The position numbers and the translations under genes are program-made. A model generated the notes under the pieces. That model ran no database searches and was not told the origin of the DNA. It saw only the letters and a program-made list of their open reading frames with translations. A stretch of 63,445 nt of DNA, filler included, from Rhabdomonas costata (Eukaryota), in the NCBI GenBank assembly GCA_019059605.1. It is 56 parts of 56 records of this genome, joined end to end, with 100 filler letters (N's around TTAATTAATTAA, not from the genome) between each part and the next. Parts side by side here need not be neighbours in the genome. Positions count along the whole stretch, not along the records: positions 48,802 to 49,835 come from JAHMHO010032284.1; positions 49,936 to 50,969 come from JAHMHO010032285.1; positions 51,070 to 52,103 come from JAHMHO010032286.1; positions 52,204 to 53,237 come from JAHMHO010032287.1; positions 53,338 to 54,372 come from JAHMHO010032288.1; positions 54,473 to 55,506 come from JAHMHO010032289.1; positions 55,607 to 56,640 come from JAHMHO010032290.1; positions 56,741 to 57,775 come from JAHMHO010032291.1; 48 more parts are not named here. One strand, given 5' to 3'. Numbering within the stretch: the stretch's first letter is position 1; every line of letters begins with the position of its first letter. Below, one piece after another: positions 49,117 through 60,600 of the stretch.

Positions 49117-49744
49117 GAGAGGCAGATCACAATGAAGGTCAGCAGCATCCTGCTCCGCTATGTCAGCCCCGCAGGTGCTCCTTTTCTTTGCCCGTTCCGC
49201 TGAAGCTCCAGTGGACTCGGAGTGAAGGGGTCTTGCAGCAGATTGTAGTAGCGATGTATTGGTCCGTTGGGTTCGGGTGTCAGTTCGTTGCTGCCAGACA
49301 AGGAGAGAGTGGGGGTGCGTTCCATGGTTGGACTGTGGTATACTGTATACTGTATACTGTATACTGTTGTGAAAATCCAAAAGCTTTTTGGTATATGCGG
49401 AGACATTGGGCGGCTGGACGCACTAGCATTCCGGCCCACTCCGAGGCAGGCCAGCATATGAACTACTCCTGTGCTCTACTCTTGGGTAGCAGATCCGGCC
49501 GAAAGCTCACGTGATTCTTGATTGAATGGTAAACATTATCACTTTTAAGGTGAAACGGGCCTATTCTCGCTGCCCTCTATGCCATTGTACCGCATAAAAA
49601 CACTCAGGGGAAGCCTTTGTGCTGAACCTGCTGGACTCTCCGGGTCACATCGACTTTTCCGGGGAAGTCTCCACTGCAGTTCGCCTCAGCGATGGAGGGT
49701 TACTGTGCGTCGATGCGGTGGACGGAGTGGGCTGCCAGACTCAG
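49117..49744 (+). CDS. EFL1: Elongation factor-like GTPase EFL1/Ria1, two exons (49117-49174, 49608-49744)
   Basis: [11 protein letters not shown]...|[48 protein letters not shown] favours EFL1 over eEF2. Confidence 0.88.
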
Positions 49745-51069
49745 GTAGCCGCGGGTGTTCCGTCTCCCTCTCAAAACGCAATACCACAGCTTCAGCACAC
49801 GCACACAGACCCCACACAACAACCACACCCAACACNNNNNNNNNNNNNNNNNNNNNNNNNNNNNNNNNNNNNNNNNNNNTTAATTAATTAANNNNNNNNN
49901 NNNNNNNNNNNNNNNNNNNNNNNNNNNNNNNNNNNTGTGGGTTGTATCTCGTACTGCACCGCAGGAGGCTTTTTTGGCGTTTATGTAGGGACTGAGATCT
50001 GCCAATTATTTTTCGAGGGGGTGGGGAGTGTGCGAAGTCCTTGAACCCAATGCGGGTTCAAGTATTGATATGCTCGGAGACAGGGCACTGACCCAACGTA
50101 CACGGGACATCGGATATTGTTCATGTCGATTGCAAGGTGACGGGCGTCCTATTGTATTGGGGGGGGGGGGGGGGGTGAAACAAAACAATTCACCTGCTGG
50201 AATTCGAAGTTGCTCCAGACTCCCTCCGTTGAAATCCACTGATTCACTGTTGGTGACCATTGCGGACGCACGCGCTGTTGGCCACGGGTGTGTATGCTGT
50301 GTGTGTGTGTGTGTGTGTTGAGAAGAGGTTGGTGATTTAGTCGCATGCCTTGCTTTGGCTGGAGACGGAGGAGGCGGACTTCTTTTTGGCGCCATCCTTC
50401 CCGGAATTAGGCCTCTTGCCCTCCACCAGCGACGACGAAGAGGAGGAAGCCGGCGGGTCTGCCACCTCCCCAACGCGGCTCTGCAGTGACGGCGGAAGGA
50501 AAACAAATAAAAGACTAACCCATCAGAAGAAGAGGCCAGAAGCTGACCAATAGCGAACAGAACGGGGGGGGGGATCGCTTTCCTCCTCTTTCTGTTCCCC
50601 GCGGATAGATGAAGGCGCAAAATGAGCAATTTGCGATTGATTGCAATGAGAACAATTTTTAAACGGTGACGCTGTGAAGGGAAGCCTATGTTTCTGCAAA
50701 CGCAACAGCAAAAGGGTAGAGGAGCGACCAGTATTTATGTTCACTGAACTGGTCTCGCACGAAAGAAGAGGGGAAGCAGCCGGTGGGGGGGGGGGCAGAA
50801 AACATACAAAAGTATATCATGCAAGGGACGTGAATTTACGGTTGCAGCACAATTGACTCTTCAGCGGCTATTTCTTCTGAGTTGTTTGGATGCGAGGGGT
50901 GAAAGAACCAAGCAGACTTATAGCCACATGTTTGCGGGCCCCTGCCCTATGGGCCCCACACACGACCAGNNNNNNNNNNNNNNNNNNNNNNNNNNNNNNN
51001 NNNNNNNNNNNNNTTAATTAATTAANNNNNNNNNNNNNNNNNNNNNNNNNNNNNNNNNNNNNNNNNNNN

Positions 51070-52103
51070 GGATGGTGTTGGTGTCCCCGTCGAGGTGTAT
51101 GTGGGGCTTGGGCTTGTCGTGGGCGTGTGGGTCTCACTCGGGGTGGGCGAGGGAGACGCCGTGGCAGATGAGGTATGGCTCTGACTTGAGGAGGTTATGT
51201 AGCGTTGTACGTGTCCCTATATCAACTAGAAGATTCGCCTACGTCAGGTGGAAATGCAGCTGTCCACTGGAACTTCATCAAGAAGCTTTTGCTACCTCGT
51301 CACTGGAAACCCGCAGTGCGTCCCTGAAAAATTACCGCTTCCCAGAGAAGTTTTCCAGAGGGTTAGAGGTGGATGTGCTCTTCCCAGGCACCAGAAATTT
51401 AGAAAGTTCGCAGGGATTAAAAAACGGCGAACAGGCGACGGTCACAGAGCTTTGGAAGGTTAAAGCCGAGACTTCATTGATATGCAGATAGAGTGAAGCG
51501 TGACTCACCTAAGCCTAGAATTTTATGTGCGCGCAGCGCTCAAAACCCCCGCGTGGGTGTCCCCTGGTGCCCCACTCGCAAAACCTTACCTGGGGTTGGG
51601 AGGTGTTACAAACCCACCACCTCTCAACTACACATCGTGCATAATCCAAATGTGCAGGAAGTTAGCAAAACACCACCACCAAATGCTTGTGTGTGGGCCA
51701 CCTCTACGTTGGGGTGTGAGGGGAGTACGTTTCCTGGGAAGATGTGCTCCCTTTTCACTCGGAGTTAGAGGCGATGCCCGCTCCCGGGTGATGATTTTTG
51801 TGAGAGTCCCAGGAGGTAAGTCTGGATGCGTATCACCTATATGCGACCAGTAAACTAAATGCTTCGCATATACCAAGGAAGGTCACCGAGTACACCAGAA
51901 GGGAGTACCACCCTCCGCAGATCTTCGAGGGGTCCCCCGAACACGCCATGGTGCATGACGAAGACACTCCCAGCGTCTGGTAGGTGTTCCCACAATAGCA
52001 CTGGTACGAAAACTGCAACCCCGCAAAGAGGTATCCTGCCGCGACACAGCCCTGCACACACAGCGCCGGGGTGTTCGAGCTGTCCAAGGCTAACTGCAAT
52101 GGC
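51070..52103 (-). CDS. WSC-domain exon (51874-52103) followed by a Ser/Thr/Pro mucin-like segment (about 51070-51210)
   Basis: TPALCVQGC...GYLFAGLQFSYQCYCGN...CTMACSGDPSKICGG...VY is the WSC consensus. Downstream reads TSSSQSHTSSATASPSPTPSETHTPTTSPSP. Confidence 0.85.
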
Positions 52104-53337
52104 NNNNNNNNNNNNNNNNNNNNNNNNNNNNNNNNNNNNNNNNNNNNTTAATTAATTAANNNNNNNNNNNNNNNNNNNNNNNNNNNNNNNNNNNNNNNNN
52201 NNNCGCGCAAGGGAACTGGGGGAAAAGAAGGGGAGGGGAAGGAAAGGAAAAGGTATCAGCAAAGAAAGAAGGTTGGAACAAATATGGATTAAGTGGCACC
52301 CCTCGGGACACATGAAAGAAAGGACGGGAGGTCTTGCTCCTCGTGCAAATTAACAAGGGTGCTTTTTGGGTGGGAACGTGTAACGTCAAGGCAAATTGGA
52401 CAGACCAAATTATCTCCAGAATGTATTAGAAATTCTTGAGAAGAAAGTGGATGAGCTACCTGTTTGTTTGTTTTGCGAAAAATCTCGACTGAAATTGTTG
52501 TTAGAAGTGGCTTACAGATCATACCGTCTGGGGAATTGGGCACTATATCTAGAAAAACTTTCCGTTATCCTTAGGAATTACAAATTGGACTTCCACGATG
52601 TTTCTGAACTTTATGCCGTACCTTCCGAAACGGGAACAAACCCGACCCTGCAGGGGAACCGCCTTCTGGTGCGGGAGGCCTACGCTTTCTGCTCCCGGGA
52701 CCGCCCTCCCCGTCCCTCCTTGCTGTGGACGAAGGTCCTGGGCGCAATCCCGGTGGTCCCGGCCTGGGCGAAAGGACCCCGCCGCCGCGCAGTCTCAGCA
52801 TCACCGCCCGGCCCCTCAAGCTGCGCGCACCGCATTGACCTTCTGACTTGGCGTGCTTTGCCAATAGCCGGGTGGCGGGTTTCCCACTGGTGTGATTCAG
52901 GCTGTGAATGATGGTTGAATCTACAGCAGTGTCTCGGTTGTCCAAGCTCTCAAGGTCTCAACTTGTCCCGGAAAGGGCGAGTTCCTTCTCAAGGACAGGG
53001 TGCTTTTTTAGCAACAAATGGTCAGATGTGCCAGGTTCCACCAAAGGGGTAGGTTAGGTTACCTTCAAACCTGACCAACTAATCTGGCTAACACTAACAT
53101 CAAACACACCCTTGTCCCCACATAGTCCACCGAACAGGCCCCACCGAGAAAGAAACCCAATTGGTTAAAAACGCAGGCCCAACCCTCCAGCACCTTCGGA
53201 CTCCAGTGAGTCCGCCGAACCATTCTTCCAACAAACANNNNNNNNNNNNNNNNNNNNNNNNNNNNNNNNNNNNNNNNNNNNTTAATTAATTAANNNNNNN
53301 NNNNNNNNNNNNNNNNNNNNNNNNNNNNNNNNNNNNN

Positions 53338-53505
53338 TTGTTGTGGGAGATGAGGTAGGGCTCTGACTTGAGGAGGTTGTGGGTGTTGGGCTGGGGGTGA
53401 TTGTGTTACTGGCACTCGGGGTCGGGGTAGGTGTGCTGGTGGGCGAAATGGTGCGCGTTCTGGTTGTGGTGGATGTGATTGTTGGCGTCATAGTGACCGT
53501 GGGAC
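53338..53505 (-). CDS. Thr/Pro/Ser mucin-like exon
   Basis: CAG|(G)PTVTMTPTITSTTTRTRTISPTSTPTPTPS... It shares aacctcctcaagtcagagcc.tacctcatct with the segment near 51170-51198. Confidence 0.7.
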
Positions 53506-54730
53506 CTGCAGGAGGCATTGGATGAATCAGATTCGTCTCACATCACGCCCGCCATTCAAAAGGGATTCATAACTGAGAACAGTTAGAAGACAATTACAGA
53601 TGCTGGAGTCGACGGAGGGGGCTGGTCTAGCTTCTATGCGAGTGCTACGGGACATGTGGATTCATTACTCCCCGATAACAAGGCAAGGCCAGTCTTCCGT
53701 CTTAATCGACCAACCCCTGTCGGAGCAGATACCCCTCTTCCCAAAGGGTACGTGCCAATCCACTTAGCATCCAGACCTTGGAAAAGCTGAAAACAAATAT
53801 GCCGCACACACAAGGCCCCGCTACATCCCATACCTATTTCCCCGCCGAAAATTTCCGTCCGAGGGACCGAACATTTTGCTGGTCCGACCGCTGTGCGCCA
53901 GCCGCGTAAGCAGCGGACGGACCATGCACACTACGAGCGCAGCGATCGGGAGGAGCAGGGAGGGGTCGGACCAATTGCCCCCCCCCTCCCTTTGTGTACA
54001 TTTTGGCATATACCGTGTGCCCCACCGTACCGTCAGAACGTATGCTTTTTAGCCTGTTAGTAACATCAGACGTTCAAAAAAAAGCCTATACATACTGCCA
54101 CCCAACGGCATTTTATACAGGTCGCAGGACTCGTAACATACTGAAACTCAATTCTGGGCTGGGATGTAACTTACCTTACTATATTCAATCCCCCCTCCCC
54201 TACTCAGGCTTCCGAATTTACACGTTTACAAGTCCCATGAAGTTTATTGGGCATAGGTAAACTTATTCGACACACAGGATAGAAGAAGAAGATTTTGTTA
54301 AAAAAGCAGAAAGCTTCTCATCGTCAGCACACAACTCCTGGAGCCCAAAAAGAGTAAACATTAGGTACAAACNNNNNNNNNNNNNNNNNNNNNNNNNNNN
54401 NNNNNNNNNNNNNNNNTTAATTAATTAANNNNNNNNNNNNNNNNNNNNNNNNNNNNNNNNNNNNNNNNNNNNCTGGGAACGCTTTAAAATGCCGCTAGGC
54501 TGGTATGAATGGATGCGATACGTCTTAAACGTTTTCCTGTTGCTGAGGCTGAAAATCACGAGTTGACGGTTTAACGCGCTGTACGATCCCATCCCAGTCC
54601 CAAAGGAGAAATTCCATCACAGGCACATGAAGACACATTCTGACGACGACGGAGTGGGAGAGGTCCCCAACCACTCGTTGTGCTGGTGGTCCATGCATTT
54701 CTTTTTAGAATTACTAACTCTCTCTGTCAG

Positions 54731-55408
54731 GATATCAAGATGCTGGCGCACCTGATGATTTCAAAGCTCACGAAGTTTCCCAACGCAGTGGTGCCCCTTC
54801 TGGCGGGTTTGTTGCTTTTCGTTTTCTTTTATCATCACTTCATCATCATGTTTGACTGTTGTACATCTGTTTCTTTTTTTCTTCCCCTTGCTTTGTGTGG
54901 TCACAGCCCTGGATGAGCTGACCGAGGTTCTTCAATCCACAGCAACTACAAAGCTCAAGGGAACCAACCCTGTGCAACAGGAGAAGGAGCGCCATGACGA
55001 CCTGATCAAGTCTTGCCTGCGAGCTGTTTACTCATTGTCCTTGATCAAGGTTTTCAAATTTGTTTTCGATTTTCAGTCACATCCTTCCACCGTACCCCCT
55101 CCCCCATTATTTGTGAAGGGGCAGCTTCTCTTCTCGTCATTTGGTGAAAAGCTTGGAGCACAGCGGAGTGGCTCAAGACTTGCAGAAGAAAGACTGAAGA
55201 CGCTAACATCGCCCCAACTACGAACGGGGAAGACCTGCCTTTTTCCTGCTCTCAGGGGGCTCTGGATCACACCAAGTTCAGCGATTTGGTGAACAAAGTT
55301 ATCTTGATGGATAAGGAGCTCAACCTGCGGGCCCTGTTCGAGAGCATCCAGAAGGAGTCGGACAAGGCCGAGGCAGCGGCGGATGGGGATCCCCGGGGAG
55401 GCCATTGA
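54731..55408 (+). CDS. CAND1: Cullin-associated NEDD8-dissociated protein 1 C-terminus, three exons (54731-54806, 54907-55049, 55256-55408)
   Basis: DIKMLAHLMISKL...|ALDELTEVLQSTATTKLKGTNPVQQEKERHDDLIKSCLRAV..|...ALFESIQKES matches the TIP120 domain. All introns are GT-AG and in phase. Confidence 0.92.
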
Positions 55409-56740
55409 GCGACACCCCGCACCCCCAACCCTGCTTACCGCCCTGCCCAACCTTCTGTCCTTATAGTGGATGCTCCTCTGTAGTCCCGATGGCTTCCCCC
55501 AACAACNNNNNNNNNNNNNNNNNNNNNNNNNNNNNNNNNNNNNNNNNNNNTTAATTAATTAANNNNNNNNNNNNNNNNNNNNNNNNNNNNNNNNNNNNNN
55601 NNNNNNGGGGTGGTGGGGGGCCAATTTTTTTGAATTAAAACAATGGATCCATAAAAATTTTATATTGGTAACAACGTTGCATCTATGGATCCATAAATGA
55701 AGCACACGGTCAAGCTCCACTTGTCGCGGACCTGGTTCCCGCGTCGACAGTGATTCTGGTGGGCTCCCTTCTGCGGGACCCATTATTAGCGTGCAATGGA
55801 TAAAAGTGGGCTAAATGGCCCGAAAAATCTTGATAACGGGGGGGTCCTCACATTCCTGCGCAATGCTGAGCAATCAGGCAGGCAAAGAAAGAAGCAAGAC
55901 AGAACTCGGGCAAAGGTTTCACCTTGAAGGTTTCCGACGCCCAGTTGCCCTCCACAGCAGGAGGGATTACTGGGCTACTGGGGCGGACCACGGGCGGGGA
56001 GGAGGGCGTGCGGTTGGTGACCCGCGGCGGGCGCGGTGGCAGCACCTGCAAAGACCAACAGGTATCGCTCAACAGCACACAACGTGCTGAAGCACTAGCA
56101 AAAGTATGGTGGCGGGACGGCAAACCAGCGCACATTATGACAGAAAGATGATGAAAGAGGCTGATATACAAACCAACTGACAAGCCCGTGAAGGCTTCAC
56201 AAACCCCTCCCCCGCTCTTGGCAGAGGGCATTCCTTGGCATTCTCCGCCATCCACGTCTTCTCAAAGCCGCTGTTGGGCGGAACACGGGGGGGAACCTCC
56301 CGCAGGCTCTTGTTGACGTCGTGCCACTCGTCAGCGTGGGACACAGCCCGGGGAGAGGCGCGCAGCCTCTCCTTTTCCTCCAGAACCTTCCCGGCAGAGC
56401 AAAAAGAAGAGCGTTGAAGCTAATTGGGTATCTGCAGCAAAGCCATCCAGCACCATCTACAAGATTTCAGCAATTGGGACTCAACATGGGAAGAAAATAT
56501 GAGGGGGAGGGAAGGTACAAAAAAGTGTGGAGAATTCCAGATCCAAGTGAGAACGGAGCAGACCAGTTGAGCAAACTTTATCATCACCACCTCCATCACT
56601 TTTACCGTCATGTTATCGTTACCAACAAACCACCAACCACNNNNNNNNNNNNNNNNNNNNNNNNNNNNNNNNNNNNNNNNNNNNTTAATTAATTAANNNN
56701 NNNNNNNNNNNNNNNNNNNNNNNNNNNNNNNNNNNNNNNN

Positions 56741-57775
56741 GCAACAAGGCTGTTGCCCGGGTTCAATCACAGTAAACTTCAACGCAAGGCAGGCTACACA
56801 ACCTCAGTAACCACAGAGTACACTCGGAAAACCACAGAACCGCAACGAGGCGTTCAATCCTGCCTGAGGAGCAGCACGCACCCTGTCCCTGTCTGCCGGA
56901 GGTCCTGACCCGGCACTCCAAGTCCGCTGTCGCCACCAACTAGAGGACCCCGAGCCGGGAAACAGCTCGCGGCTCTCCAGCAAACCCTCCGCTGTGCATC
57001 ACAGCCACAGAAGAAAATGCCATGGGTCCATGGGTCGGTTCGCGTAGAAGAGTTCAACGTTAAAAGCGCACAAAGGCACTTGAAATCGTCGAACAAAAGA
57101 GGCAAAAAGATGCTTCTGACATCTGATTAAGTGGGGCAGCAGTGAGGGATGCGATTCAGGTGCTCTCTTTATTTTGAAATACTTTGAAGATGCTACGTTC
57201 ACGCCCATTGTTGCGAATTTAAACGGTGCGGTTTTTTTGCAACCATTAAAGTGTGCGATGGCGGGCGGATTAGGCGCAAAGATGACCCCCCGTTCCCTCC
57301 TCCCAACCCCGCGCACCTCGGCCTCGGTCAGATGATTGCTCCCATCCCTCTGTGGCGCTGGGGACCCACATCCCGCACGACAAAAAGGGGAAAATAGGGG
57401 GGGGGGGCGGGCAAAAAGTTCTGCGAAGAGTATGCACCTCCAAAGGAGAAACCACTTAATAGTCAGAGCAATGACAAGACGTCAATGATGTGGTCCACAA
57501 ACCCAGCAAGGCCCGCCACACAGCGGCCCTGAATAAAGCTCATTACCAGCACAGTGGGAAGCGTCAGCACTGGCCCAATGTGCGACTGACCCCGCTGCAC
57601 ATCCCACAAAAAAGGCTCTTGGACGAAACACTTGAACACACTTGAAGGCAATCAAGGCTGTTGCCCGGGTTCAATCACAGTAAACTTCAACGCAAGGCAG
57701 GCTACACAACCTCAGTAACCACAGAGTACACTCGGAAAACAACAGAACCGCAACGAGGCGTTCAATCCTGCCTGA
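56741..57775. repeat. Self-overlapping contig, unit about 907 bp, no clear coding content
   Basis: 56741-56867 matches 57648-57775 with one substitution and one 1-nt indel. Confidence 0.9.
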
Positions 57776-58087
57776 NNNNNNNNNNNNNNNNNNNNNNNNN
57801 NNNNNNNNNNNNNNNNNNNTTAATTAATTAANNNNNNNNNNNNNNNNNNNNNNNNNNNNNNNNNNNNNNNNNNNNTTTTGCGCTGGGCACCTGAGCAAGT
57901 GAGAGGCGGCGGCGGGGTGAGAAAGAGTCATATGCAAACTCCGAAAAAACTGAAAGGAGGTGGCAGCACAGTACGCCGTTGCACATCGCCGTCCCACCTT
58001 TGGCTTGCCCACCCAAAGTCTCAAAACAGCAGTGAGGTCGGGTGGTGCACTCGCCACTCACCACCCACGACATACACGCATGTGCAC

Positions 58088-58712
58088 CTGTGGCTTGGGC
58101 AATGGTTACGAATCCATTCTCCAGGTGCATTTGAAGGTTCAGCAGCACAGTCTGGAAGGCGATGACCTTTTGCGTGTTCATGTCCTGCGCGGGTGGGATG
58201 GGGGTGGGTTCGGGGAAGGAAAGCGGACAACATTCTTGCAATTCAATTCACGCACGGACACAGCGCCCAGTCTTGAGGGAAATTCCTGCTTGACAGCCAA
58301 CCCTCAGTCAAACCGCACATGGGTCATTGCACAACTTGAGGCAGACAAGGGATCGACATGCTACTCTTTTCGTTACCCTATTGTTTATCCCTTACAGCAG
58401 TTCTGCACGTTTCAGAAAAACTGCCTTGTTCTTTTTTCGGGCAACGTGAATTGGGTGAAACTATGCCTTTCGTTTTTCGGAAGGCCCTTTGCATCACCCG
58501 CAAGATTCCCTGCGCCAATGTTGACAGCAAAAGACTGAGGGGGCGGCGGAAGGGGTCGCATGCCTCGAAGGCCAAGCCCCCATTGATCAGGAGGGTCGCT
58601 GCCTCGGGCACGGCAAACACGACCACCCCTTGCTGGCTCATCTTGTTCGTGATCACGCTGATGGAGGTGGACTTCCCGGAGCACGGGCCTCCCGTGAGAC
58701 ATATCTTCAGCA
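58088..58712 (-). CDS. TTD14/NadR-like (AAA_28) P-loop protein, two exons (58564-58712, 58088-58184)
   Basis: KICLTGGPCSGKST...VFAVPEAATLLINGGLAFE|DMNTQKVIAFQTVLLNLQMHLENGF. The homology-consistent junction needs a GC donor. Confidence 0.85.
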
Positions 58713-59058
58713 CTGAAAAAAAAGGAGACACCCATCTTCCCTTAAATGGTTTGATGACTGTGGTAAAAGACAAAGAGGGGAGAGAGCAGGGGGTGCGGAG
58801 GTGACTTGGGGAAAGGGTCCATTGCAAATGCCACTTCGCCGCTCTCGACCTGTCCCCAAATTGCCTTGAGTCCAAGGAAGAAGAAGAAGAGAGAGGCTAA
58901 ACCCCACACNNNNNNNNNNNNNNNNNNNNNNNNNNNNNNNNNNNNNNNNNNNNTTAATTAATTAANNNNNNNNNNNNNNNNNNNNNNNNNNNNNNNNNNN
59001 NNNNNNNNNGTTTGTTTTGAAGCTGACACTCGCTTCCTAATTTTGACCTTGCTCTCTC

Positions 59059-60043
59059 ATGGCCCCTTCGGACCTGAACGCGGAGGACTACTACACCGTC
59101 CTGGGAGTCAGCAGAGATGCCTCAGAGCAGGAGATCAGCAAAGCCTATAAGAAGCTCGCCCTGAAGTGGTGTGTGCGTGTGCGTGCGTGTGCGCAGCTGT
59201 CTCTTCTTTCATAGCATCACCCTTCCTGCTGGCCCGAGTGGAGTTGGGGAGGGGGGGGGTGCAAATAGTTCCTGCTGAATAGCTCATAGGGTGGATTGAG
59301 TGGAATGCATGGGTTTGTTTTACTCATGTCCCGTTTGCTGGCACACTCTTGTGGACTACCACGTTCCGTGCTTTTCAGAATCAGGCAGGCCTTTCACAAA
59401 CATGCAGCTCGTACAGCGCTTTTACATCGGTGTCATTCTGTAAACCAGCTATAGACCGATACAAAAAGAATATTAAGAAAGCACATACACTCCAAGGTCT
59501 CCCACGTTATCACTTCTTCCAGACACGAAACCGAGCTTTTCTAAACCACACATATGCACCCGCGGCTGCCTTAGTCCTTCCGGTCCGGGTGTGCACAGCG
59601 ATTGCCTATAATGCAGCAAGCGCCACCGGACGGAGGAGACACAGCTTTTTTGCTGCCCCCCATCCACCCACTCACCCACCCACTCTAAGTAAATACTAGG
59701 TGCGTTATTATTGAGCCCCCTCCAATGGCAATGCTCGCACAACCATTCCTCACGGGTGTGGCGGTGGTGGTGGTAGTGACCTCGACCATCCAGTCTTACT
59801 AATCTTACTGTTGCAAAGGTAACCTCATCTGCGACCCTTTTCTTCAATTGGGCCAAGTTCCTCTGTGGCGATTTCCCGACTCATAATTCCTGCAGAATGG
59901 TTCGCTTGCTGTGAAGGTATCCTTTTTTCTGTGTGTCGGTCATGCTCCTATGTCCTGTACTGTTTCCTATATGCCGGTCATTTCTGCCCAAAGGCACCCG
60001 GACAAGAAGAAGGTCTACGACCAGTTCGGGAAGAAAGGGCTGA
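59059..60043 (+). CDS. DnaJ/Hsp40 J-domain, two exons (59059-59168, 59994-60043), internally deleted as assembled
   Basis: [57 protein letters not shown] phase-2 intron. Confidence 0.9.
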
Positions 60044-60143
60044 NNNNNNNNNNNNNNNNNNNNNNNNNNNNNNNNNNNNNNNNNNNNTTAATTAATTAAN
60101 NNNNNNNNNNNNNNNNNNNNNNNNNNNNNNNNNNNNNNNNNNN

Positions 60144-60600
60144 AAGCAGAGTGTGTTGTTGTCGTACTTCTGTGATAGGCGCCTCAATGCGCCTCAATCC
60201 GGTCATTTACGAACTTTTCTCTGGTTCAATAGAATGAGTGGCTCGGAGCTCGGCTGCAATCGAACAAAGCAAATGGACTGTTCCTAAACTGGTGTGGAAG
60301 ACTGGAGCTCAGCCTTTTCTGCAGTTTCTGGAAATTTGTCTGCGGTATCGGAGAGGATGCAAAGACGGAACCGTCTCCGCATATAATCGGGTTGAATTCG
60401 AATGGGGGTTCATTAGATCCGGCCAACGCTCTTCCGCCGCGGCCCTCGACTTTGAAGGCGTGTGCTCAGGTAAAGAGTAAAGAGGCGCCCCTGTTTTTGG
60501 TTTTCGAGCAAGGCGGAAGAGAAAAGCAGAGTGTGTTGTTGTCGTACTTCTGTGATAGGCGCCTCAATGCGCCTCAATCCGGTCATTTACGAACTTTTCT
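60144..60600. repeat. Identical 77-nt direct repeat at 380-bp spacing
   Basis: 60144-60220 is identical to 60524-60600. The first copy is flush with the contig start. Confidence 0.9.

Noticed and set aside
56225-56245. Possible GA splice donor (AAG|GAATGC) paralleling GTATGC and GCATGC
   Set aside because: The protein is unidentified and canonical GTs lie about 30 nt further on, so there is no support for the boundary.
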